Positions 1 to 8,800 of a stretch of DNA of 64,000 nt are shown here, in pieces. The stretch lies in assembly GCA_031835245.2 (NCBI GenBank), contig JAVKOQ020000026.1, positions 1 through 64,000 on the forward strand. The letters run 5' to 3'. The position numbers and the translations under genes were made by a program. Below the pieces are notes generated by a model. It did not search any database. It was not told the origin of the DNA and worked only from the letters and a program-made list of their open reading frames with translations. The DNA comes from Balamuthia mandrillaris. Its lineage: Eukaryota. Position 1 is the stretch's first letter. The number at the start of each line of letters is the position of its first letter.

Positions 1-65
1 ACGGTAGCGTGCCCTTGGAACTTGGCTGGCGAGACCAAGCACTCAAAGTAGGTGCTGTAGCCTTG

Positions 66-106
<41 letters not shown>

Positions 107-421
107 ATGGGAACTCATAATGGATACGAATATATCAACACGAAGGCCTTGAAATTAAAACTCTCCACCTATTCACAACCGTCCGACCAAGCGTCCAAAC
201 TCCACACCACGTGCAGGAAATTACTCAAAAAGAATCCCACAATAAAAAACAGCTGTTGAATTCGTAAGATAAATGAAACGGAGTTGATGGAAAATTCGCA
301 TCACAAACACACAAACTTTACACTCTTACCTATTATTATGCACAGTCCCAACACCAACAACAGAAACTGACCTCCACCACCACGCAAGGGTATCACAACA
401 CAGCCCACCATTCCTTCCACA

Positions 422-1429
422 GACCACTACGTCACCCCTGGAGAAGTTCGCAAGCACCACAAAGTCAGCCACGAGAGCCTCCGCCGCTGGGCAGAAGCAG
501 GAGATGGACGCCTTCGCTTTACTCGCACGCCAGGCGGGGTGCGTCTCTACCACCTCGGAGACATCCAAAGGATCTTCAACCAAAAGGGGGAGCAAAAGAA
601 AACGCAACACATCTGCTACGCCCGCGTCAGCAGCAGCCACCAGCGAGCAGACCTCGATCGACAGGTGGCTGACCTCCAAGCCCAGTACCCCGGCTACGAA
701 GTCCTCAAGGACGTCGGTTCCGGCCTCAACTACAACCGCCCAGGCTTTCAAGCCCTTCTGGAACGAGTGTACTCGGGCGTGGTCTCCGTGGTTGCAGTTA
801 CCCACAAGGACCGTCTCTGCCGCTATGGGTTCGAGCTGGTGGAGTTCTTATTTGCCAAGACAGGCACACGGCTCATGGTTCTCAGTGACCAGGATGCTCC
901 CGAACGAGACCCCAGCAGGGAGCTTGCTGACGACCTGCTGGCCATCTGCAACTACTTCGTGGCCAAGAACAACGGCAGGAGGGCCGCTCAAAAGCGCCGC
1001 CAGCGCAAGCGACGAGATGCTGTCGCCGTTGAATCAGACGAAGAAGAGAAAGAAGGCGTCGAAGAAGGGGAAGAGGAGAGAGAAAGAGAAAGAGAAAGAG
1101 AAAGAGAAAGAGAAAGAGAAAGAGAAAGAGAAAGAGAAAGAGAAAGAGAAAGCGGAGGAGGAGGAGGAGGAGGAGAAAGCACGACCACCAGTCGAGTACA
1201 AAGTGAGAAAGATACGGATTTACCCGACGACGAAACAGAAAGAGACCTTGAAGAGGTGGATAGGAACGACCAGGTGGACCTACAACCAGTGTCTGACAGG
1301 GGTCAAAAACGAAAACGTGCCACGGACCAAGAAAGCCCTGCGGGCCAAGTACCTAAACCAAGACGCCCCCGATCTGCCCGATTGGGTGCTGGACACACCG
1401 TACGACGTAAGAGACGAAGGCATGAATGA
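422..1429 (+). CDS. tnpA: IS607 TnpA serine recombinase (MerR-like HTH + resolvase catalytic domain); start codon unresolved
   Basis: The frame of ORF 539..1429 is open upstream to 371 and reads HYVTPGEVRKHHKVSHESLRRWAEAG..RTPGGVRLY (HTH), then YARVSS (catalytic Ser), DLDRQ, DVGSGLN, HKDRLCRYGFEL and ELADDLLAI. Confidence 0.9.
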   Translation, partial: DHYVTPGEVRKHHKVSHESLRRWAEAGDGRLRFTRTPGGVRLYHLGDIQRIFNQKGEQKKTQHICYARVSSSHQRADLDRQVADLQAQYPGYEVLKDVGSGLNYNRPGFQALLERVYSGVVSVVAVTHKDRLCRYGFELVEFLFAKTGTRLMVLSDQDAPERDPSRELADDLLAICNYFVAKNNGRRAAQKRRQRKRRDAVAVESDEEEKEGVEEGEEERERERERERERERERERERERERESGGGGGGGESTTTSRVQSEKDTDLPDDETERDLEEVDRNDQVDLQPVSDRGQKRKRATDQESPAGQVPKPRRPRSARLGAGHTVRRKRRRHE

Positions 1430-2480
1430 CCTGCTCAAGGCCTACAGCACCAACCTGGCCAAACAGAGGAGACAGAAGAAGAGACTGAAGTTCGAGGTGC
1501 GATTCCGCAGCAAGAAAGCCCCTCAGGAGAGCATAGTGATTCACATCAAACATTGGCATGGTGCTGGGAGGATCTATCCCAAGTCCTTCGGCAAGGAGGA
1601 GGTCCTCAGGGCCGCTGAGACCCTGCCGGACAAACTGCCCAGCGACAGCCGGTTGACGCGCACCCGCTGGGGCAAGTACTACTTATGCATTCCCGTACCC
1701 TTGGAGGCGGTGGTGGTGGGTGGTAAAGGGGACGATAACCAAGTCCCTGTTACTCCCACAGTCGCAAGGGTGGTGGCCATCGATCCTGGGGTGCGCACCT
1801 TTGGTACTTGTTATGAAGCCCCCAGCGGTGAAGCCTACGAATGGGGAAGGAGGGACATTGGACGCATTGAGCGCCTTTGCCATTGTCTGGATCTACTCCA
1901 GAGCCGATGGAGCCAACCAGGGGTCAAGGCCAGGCGGCGATACCGCATGCGGCGGGCGGCCGCCCGGATGAGGGAACGCATCCGCAACCTGGTGGACGAG
2001 GTACACAAGAAGATGGCCCTCTGGTTGGTGGAGAACCACGACCTGGTGCTCCTCCCCGAGTTCGCTACGGGCAACATGGTCCTCAAGCGAGCCCGCAGGC
2101 GGATCGGGAGCAAGACCGTGAGAGCCATGCTGGGGTGGGCGCACTTTCGCTTTCGTCAAAGGCTGTTGAACAAGGCCAGAGAGCATCCTCGTTGTCGAGT
2201 GGAGATCGTGAGCGAGGCCTATACCTCCATAACCTGCGGCCATTGCGGGCAGCTACGTAGGGACTTGGGCAAGAAGGAGGTCTTCTACTGCCCCCATTGC
2301 CACCTCAAGGCGGGAAGGGACATCCACGCAGCTAGGAACATCCTCCTTCGCTACCTTGCCACCCACAACTACTACCCTCAAACAACGACAACAACAACAT
2401 CAACAAGAGCCGACGAGTCTCTCCCCATGGGGAGGGACGGTTTGTTGGCACTGGGTCCTACCCCCTCATATGTACCTTAA
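504..2480 (+). CDS. tnpB: Fanzor2/TnpB RNA-guided endonuclease, 658 aa
   Basis: KIRIYPT..W.GT.RW.YN helical region; RuvC-I VVAIDPG (D at 1782); Pro at the usual RuvC-II position (LLPEF) with alternative Glu in SEAYTS (2214); CGHC..CPHC zinc ribbon; RuvC-III RDIHAARNI (D at 2319). Confidence 0.93.
   Translation: MDAFALLARQAGCVSTTSETSKGSSTKRGSKRKRNTSATPASAAATSEQTSIDRWLTSKPSTPATKSSRTSVPASTTTAQAFKPFWNECTRAWSPWLQLPTRTVSAAMGSSWWSSYLPRQAHGSWFSVTRMLPNETPAGSLLTTCWPSATTSWPRTTAGGPLKSAASASDEMLSPLNQTKKRKKASKKGKRREKEKEKEKEKEKEKEKEKEKEKEKAEEEEEEEKARPPVEYKVRKIRIYPTTKQKETLKRWIGTTRWTYNQCLTGVKNENVPRTKKALRAKYLNQDAPDLPDWVLDTPYDVRDEGMNDLLKAYSTNLAKQRRQKKRLKFEVRFRSKKAPQESIVIHIKHWHGAGRIYPKSFGKEEVLRAAETLPDKLPSDSRLTRTRWGKYYLCIPVPLEAVVVGGKGDDNQVPVTPTVARVVAIDPGVRTFGTCYEAPSGEAYEWGRRDIGRIERLCHCLDLLQSRWSQPGVKARRRYRMRRAAARMRERIRNLVDEVHKKMALWLVENHDLVLLPEFATGNMVLKRARRRIGSKTVRAMLGWAHFRFRQRLLNKAREHPRCRVEIVSEAYTSITCGHCGQLRRDLGKKEVFYCPHCHLKAGRDIHAARNILLRYLATHNYYPQTTTTTTSTRADESLPMGRDGLLALGPTPSYVP
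1076..1151 (+). repeat. (GAGAAA)n hexamer microsatellite inside the TnpA/Fanzor overlap
   Basis: Seen directly; reads (EK)n in the Fanzor frame and (ER)n in the TnpA frame. Confidence 0.95.
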
Positions 2481-2540
2481 TGGTGTGGTACATATGTGCA
2501 TGATTTGCAAGATGTGCAAGTTTAATGTAGGCGAGCAAAT
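2400..2540 (+). ncRNA. Putative Fanzor omegaRNA (right-end scaffold plus flank-derived guide); boundaries approximate
   Basis: Perfect 10-bp stem CATATGTACC(2467-2476)/GGTACATATG(2487-2496) spans the Fanzor stop codon. Position matches known TnpB/Fanzor omegaRNAs. Confidence 0.55.
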
Positions 2541-4629
2541 ACATTCAAAGCGGTTACCAACACGTCCGGCTCGCTCACAAACACCACGTTCTCCTCCCTC
2601 TGTCCCTCCTCTTCTCTCCGCTGTTTCAAGAAGGCCTCTCGGACCCTCCGCCTCAGCGCCTCCTCCTTCGTCACGAACACCGCAAAAGTCTGGCGAGGGC
2701 AGTGCCGGAGGGCTTCCTCCAGCATGGGCACATCCGAGCTGGTGTCCCCGCAGACCAAGTGGGGGCCGCGCTGCATGGACAGGCCCAGCTCCTCGCAGAG
2801 GAAGGCCAGGCCGTCCCCTTTGTGAAAGTCCCGCACGACGGAGGCGTTGCTGTTGTCCTCGATGGTGAGGATGATTTCAATGTCGAGCCCCGTGTCTTCG
2901 ATCATAAAGTTTTTCTGGTGGTCTTGAGGTCTTGTTTTGTTTCGTTCGGCCTCTTCCTGTCCCTCCGCTTCCTCCTCCTCCGCTTCTTCTTTGTCTGATT
3001 TGTGGTTGGAGAGTGGTTGGCGTTGCTCTTTTGCTTCTGCTTCTTCGAGTTCGACTAGGTCTACCACTTGGCGGACGGTGGAGAGCCAGGCGAGGGATTC
3101 TTCCACGGGGACGGAGCGGTTGGTGTCCTGCCGGGCGATGGTCGTTTGGCCAAACTTTTCTTGTAAGCCACTTCCTATCATTGTAAACTTTTTTTTGTTG
3201 GGTTCACGATATTAACGAGAAGCGGGGGAAAAAAAAGAAAGAAATGACAAGAGAGAAAGAAAGAAATGACAAGAAAGAAACCTTTTCATATTGTGGCAAC
3301 GCCACAAGTGCTTCCAACTTGGCGTTGAGCTTGTCTAGCAACCGCTGCTTCCTCGGGTCGATGAAGGACTTGTGCAACCTGCCTGAGAGGTCCAAGAACT
3401 CTCTCCCTTTACTGCCCGCATAGATCATGCTATGGGACGGATTGACGCTCACCGCACAAAGCCCAGATAGCGGAGCAGAAGTCATTATGATTGGGTGAAT
3501 CACTTTCTTCTTCGTCTTTGTTTGTTGCTTCTGGACATTGTTGGCGTTATCGTTGGTGTTGATGTGTTCAGGAGCGGAGGAGGGGAGAACAAAGCGAGAG
3601 AGAAAGACGGCGTTGTAGAGGGATTGGAAGGAGGAATTGTAGGTGGCGCAGTAGTTGTTGATGGTGCCGTCACGATCGGTGACAAAGCATTGGAAGGGTA
3701 TTGGTTGGTCTTGAGGGTCATTGGATTTGGTGGCTCTTTGCAGCATCGAAACTACACTATGAACCTGTTGGATAAAAAAGAAGAAAAGAGAGTAAGATGA
3801 AGATAGAAAGAAATGAAAAAGAAATGAAAAACGGAAGAATGGCGGATGACGACAGAGAACGAAAACCAAAAAAAGAACATAAAGAACGAAGGTGGAAGAA
3901 ACAAAGGAAGATAGAAAAAGGAATTCCAGGGTGAACTGATGTGTTCCTCGTTACCTCGTTGGTAAAGTTGGGGTGCAGCTTTGGGAAGTAGTCGTTGATG
4001 AGGGCGTCCTCTCCGTTCAACACAAAGTAGATGTCTTTCAGCAGCTCCGCAATCGTGTAACCGAAGCTTCGTCTGACCACTTTCGAGTGTGGTTGCAGTT
4101 GCAGCAGCGGTTGTAGTAGTTGTTTTTGTTTGCTGTCGTCAAAGGTTTTGTTCTCTTTGCAGTTATCCTCCTCCGCTGAAGAGGAGCCGTCGCTCATGGG
4201 AAGCGCTTTGAAGCCGTCCTCATCCTCTGGGATGGCCTGCAGGGCAGCCAGCAGCTCCCTCATGGTTCTCAAGGCCTTCCTCTGCGCCCGTCTCCTGGGT
4301 CGTGCGCCAGCCGTCTCCCTCTCCTCCGTGGCCCACGTTGAGCATGAGGGCAAGGAGAGGAAGAGGGGAACGAGCTCCCTCCGCAAACCAGAAAGCTCTT
4401 CCATGCGGCTCAAAAAGTCTTCCAGCGAGGCAATAGGTCTGATCTCAGCAGTGCAGCAGCACTCGTCTTCTGCTTCTTCTTCGTGGTCCTCTGTTGCTGC
4501 CTCTTGGTGGTTGGAAACGAATGGCAGTGAGGAGTGGTTGCTGTGGCTGCTGTTTGCAGCGGAAGGAGGAGGAGCACAAACGGCTCCAACTGCTGCGGCT
4601 GCGGCGGCTGGCCCACCTAAAGCTTGCAT
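2522..4629 (-). CDS. Trehalose-6-phosphate phosphatase (HAD family, nematode gob-1-like type), multi-exon
   Basis: HAD motif I FVTDRDGT followed by NYCATYNSSFQS; GSKGREF; GSGLQEKFGQTTIARQD; DTGLDIEI; HKGDG; motif IV GDTSSDVPM; N-terminal helical extension. Confidence 0.8.
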
Positions 4630-5177
4630 GTGTGATCTTTTTGAGGTGCCTTTTCTTATTTTTGCTTGTCCAGCCCCAGCCCGTTTCAGAGGAATTGGTT
4701 GAAAACTTTCTTCGGACTCTCTCGCTTTGCTGCTTTTGTTGTGTTGTTCTTTGTTTAGTGTCTTTCTTTTCCACTGTTCTTTTTTTTTTTTTTGTGTGTG
4801 TTGGATCAAATAAAATGAAAAAAATGATATAACAAAAAAAAAAGGAGAGGTTGCTTAGCGGACCTGAAGGATTTTATAAAACAAAAAAATATATAGTGAG
4901 AGATAAAAGAAAGGTCCCCTCCTGCTATGCTCCGTCTCTCCCTCTCGTTTGTTTTTCTTTTTCGGTTTTCTTTCTGCTGGTTTCACGTCATTATTCTCTC
5001 TTTCGATCGATATATCAAAATTTTCCGATTATAGACTAATTATCCCGATTGTCGACAAATAAGGTCCGCAGCAGCTCGAGAGCAAGATCGATCGGAATGG
5101 GTGACGTGTCCTGCTACCGTGACGTGTTTCTGAGCCATTTCTCGATCACGGGGTTTGAACCCTCAACTCAGATCTCC

Positions 5178-5183
5178 TATAAA
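5178..5183 (+). promoter_or_regulatory. TATA box upstream of the RNase MRP RNA gene
   Basis: TATAAA about 45 nt before the predicted 5' end. Confidence 0.4.
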
Positions 5184-5223
5184 TATTTTTTTTTCATTTT
5201 TTCTTTTTCTTTTTTTTCTCTTC

Positions 5224-5582
5224 AGGACACGAACAAAACAGTATTTCGAAGCGCGTGGCAAGCCGAAAGGCTTGACCAACGCTTTGGGGAAAGTCTCCGG
5301 ACACTAGGACAGAAAGTGTCAGCTGTAACACGCCAAAGTTTTTTCCGACCCTCTTTCTTTGCTCATTTTTTGATTTGCCAAGATGGGATTTGGGGGTGCA
5401 CGAAAAAAAATATTTTTTTTTTCACACTCCCCTTCCTGGAGCGATGGAGTGAAAGAGTTTTAAGGATCGGCGAGTTCGTCGTAGCACAGTCATGTACCTG
5501 TAGCCCATGGGATTTTTGTTCCACCCGTCATGAAGGAACACCCGAGAGGCGAACCCAACGGAGCTCACTCTGTTCGTGTCCT
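5224..5582 (+). ncRNA. RMRP: RNase MRP RNA
   Basis: P1 AGGACACGAACA/TGTTCGTGTCCT closes the ends; long P3 with a GAAA tetraloop; CR-I GGGGAAAGTCTCCGG; P8 GACA-GAAAG-TGTC (the MRP-diagnostic GARAR pentaloop); CR-V AACGGAGCTCA forms P4 with a compensatory T-A pair relative to the human GTCCCC/GGGGC. Confidence 0.9.
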
Positions 5583-5804
5583 TTCATGACACTCCCTTTT
5601 TTTTTCTCCTTGCACTATTCTCCCCCTTTTGCCAACCGTTTTTTGTGTTTTGGCCTACAAAAAAGCTGGACACTGGTGCAAGGAGAAAATCAATCTTGTT
5701 TTCTCTTTCTATATCTATCCCTCACTTCTTCACGACAAAAAAACATTTTATTTTCTTTCCTTCAAGGCCTGCTTCTTCTTTATTCGTCGCTCTCTCTTTT
5801 TTAT

Positions 5805-8800
5805 TTAATCTTCGGCATCCCAATCCACGTTCTGGGCGGCGTGATCCGTGTCGATGGCCCTGCACTCCGTGATGGCGTACAGCACCTTGCTGGCCATGAT
5901 GGCCTTGCTGGAGTACCTCGGCAGCTCCAGCTGGAAGAAGCAGGTGTGGCTGACGGGCAGGCAGCCGTCCACGGCGGAGCCGGAGAGGGCGGGCTCCCCC
6001 CAGCCCCTGCCCGGCGGGCTGAACTCCATGACGACCATCTGCTGCGTAAAGTCCTCGCTGCGCAGGGGCAGGCGGGAGCGACCCCACACGAAGCGGAGGA
6101 AGAGCTCCCTCTCCTTGTGGTTGAACCCCTCCAGCATCTCCCACATCCACCGGATGGCCTGGTCCTTGGGGGTGAAGCCCTTGTAGCGGGTGTTGCGCTT
6201 GAGGAGGGAGAGGTCGATCTCGTGGCTGCCGCAGACCGTCATCTCCAGCTCCTTCCAGGTGAAGAGGGGGAGGAGCTGGACGGGCACCACGGCCGCCATG
6301 CCCTTGCGGATGGCCTCCACTTGAACCGAGAACTCGTGCAGGCGGTAATTGTAGACCAGCTCCACCCATTCCTTTCGATTGTGCCATCTGTTTTGTGTTT
6401 GTTGGTGCGCGTTAGGAAGGAAGAAGAACAGGCAGAAAGGGAGGAATGGAAAGTAGAAAGAGAGAAGACCAAGAAGAAGGAAATGCTTACGTGACAGGAA
6501 TAGACTTTCCGCCTTCCACGAGTTCGATCTCTCTGCCGTCGCTGGAAGTGGTGGAGAAGGTGTAGGGGATGATATCTCTGAACGTCTCCTCCGTGACGCC
6601 CTCCTTCTCAATGTTCATGACCTTGTTGAGGACCTGACAGCAGAACGAGTCAATGGCCTCCAGATCCTCGTGCTCCGGGCTCAGCTCGTCTCCTACCAAG
6701 GGCTTCCAAACGATGGATGGCAGGTCCAAGTTCAGAATGTGCTTAGCGCGCAAGGCCAAGCCCATCAACTTGCCCACGAACTGGTACATGGACAGATGGA
6801 GAGAGGAGGTGCAACTCGGGTTCGGGATGAACTTGTCCTGGTTGTCACCGAATCCCCTCGAGTTGGGGCAGGGGATGAATAACGGCGTGTTTCTGGACAT
6901 GAGATCGCTGCAAATGTGGCTGACAGAATCGCGGAAGAGGCCGCCGGCGTCTCTGCCACCTTCTCCGGCGTAGGTCACGTCCCATGTTTGTTGGCCGACG
7001 CTGTGCCGCAGGAATGTCGGAGAGACGAAATGCAGTTGGGTGAAGATCTGTCCAAATACGGAGCGAGTACCGTCTGGTTCTTTCTCTGTATTACAACAAA
7101 TAATAAACAAATTAGTGATGAGTAAGGGGAGGGAGGGAGAGAGAGAGAGAGAGCGAAAGAGCAGAGTGAGAGAGAAACGACAAAGAAAAAGATAAAAAGA
7201 AAAAAAAGCGTACTCTCCAAAGCTTTAAGCGCTCTAGCACGATTGACGGTAATGTTAGGACGGCTTGGGCTGCTGGTCGTAATGCGAAGGATCTTATTCC
7301 AGAGGGTAAGCTTGGTCTGCATGAAGATGATGCCCTTCAAGTTGCACAACGACCGAACGAGACTCCAATTGACGTGTGACTGAGAAAAGTCGAGCAGTGG
7401 CAGCACGTCTGCCAGCTGAGTGTTAAACAAACGAATGAGGCAGAACCGGAACCGCAATTCGGCCAAAGGCAAATGTCTCAATAGGTGATGGCGAGCCAAC
7501 AGAGCCGAAGAAGGTTCGATCTCGTCCAGCGGCATATGGAACGGATCCACATCTTCCTGCAACTTGTGCTTCTTACTCTTGTTTTTGGAGGAGGAAGAAC
7601 TTGATCCTCCTCCACCTTCTTTGCCACAACTTAAGACAAGTTCGACGAGTTGTTGGTCCATCGCTAAGGTCCATTGCGTGCTGCGTTGGTAGAGAATATG
7701 AGGAAGCTTGTCACGACAGACTGTGGGAAGAGAGGGAGTAGGCGAGTGGAGAGGAGATTGGATGTTGCGTTGGTTCTTTGGTTTGCTAGTTTTGACGATG
7801 TGTTTTACTTCATTGTCGGATAATGTGCGAAGATACATCCGACAGTCCATCAATGCTCCTGTTTTTTTTCAAATCAGGTAAGGTAGGAGAAACGAAAAGA
7901 AGCAAGGAGGGAAGAAGAAGAAGAAGAAGAAGAAGAAGAAAGCAGAAAGAAGAAGGCACAAACCTTTGATAGGTTCAATACCAGCAGTCGAGAGGGGTAC
8001 GCGGCCAAGGCAAATGGGGAACGAGTTAACACGGACCACTTGGTGGTCACTTAATACGTGCTCATTGTCCAAGGAGCCGTTAATGTATACCCGAAGGTTG
8101 TTGCCATCACAGCAGCAAGCCACATGAGTCCAACTGTTGAGTGTCAACTCTTTCTTCGTAGTGCAGCTTTCATTGTTGTGATGATCGGTAGAGACGGTGA
8201 AAATGAGACGAGAGTCTCCATCGTTCATGCTGAGAGAGGGAGTGATGAAAGTTTGAGAGAAAGCAGGTGGAGAAGAAGAAGATGATGCGGAAGAAGAGGA
8301 ATCTCCTTTCCAAAATATTACTCGTCGACTGCCGGTATGACCTTCGCGCAAGTACACCCACATGCAAACGGAGAAAGCGTTGCCAAAGGGACCTGGGTCG
8401 GCGACAATCACTCCATCTTCAGCGTCGTTTAGTGTTACATTTCTTGCCAGCGGATAGAATGACTCTGCAAATAGCACGAATAACGAAAATATGTAAGGCA
8501 AGGAGAAATGGAGTTAAGGATAAACGGTTTTACCGTGAAGCTTTTCCAAACGATAGGCCTGAAGCAAAAGAGCATGAGAGAAAATGCGTTTGGTGACGAG
8601 ACTATGGGCTGCATCTGCCACAGACACAACATGATCGAACCATGTTCCACCTGTTTCGGTTTTTATAATTGTTAGCGCAAAAAGAACGACGAAAGAAGAG
8701 GCAGAAGAAACAAGGCTAAAGAGGAAAACTAATCGAACCAGAAGTGATAAACATAGGCTCTCCATCACGGGCGCTCTCGGAACCCTCATCCACCAATACG

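Larger units (their letters stand above)
338..2521 (+). mobile_element. IS607-family element carrying TnpA serine recombinase and Fanzor2 (eukaryotic TnpB); exact ends uncertain
   Basis: Overlapping intronless ORFs for a MerR-HTH + serine recombinase and a RuvC/zinc-ribbon nuclease, followed by a 3' hairpin. No TIRs seen, as expected for IS607. Confidence 0.9.

Noticed and set aside
1..165. Possible minus-strand exons of a gene running off the left edge (..GYSTYFECLVSPAKFQGHAT..)
   Set aside because: Splice-like signals are present, but the fragment is too short to identify or support.
326..805. 159-aa minus-strand ORF over tnpA
   Set aside because: Antisense shadow of a GC-rich dual-coding region; no recognisable motifs.
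5049..6494. 481-aa plus-strand ORF
   Set aside because: Runs through the RNase MRP RNA and antisense to the last HECT exon; no coherent protein features.
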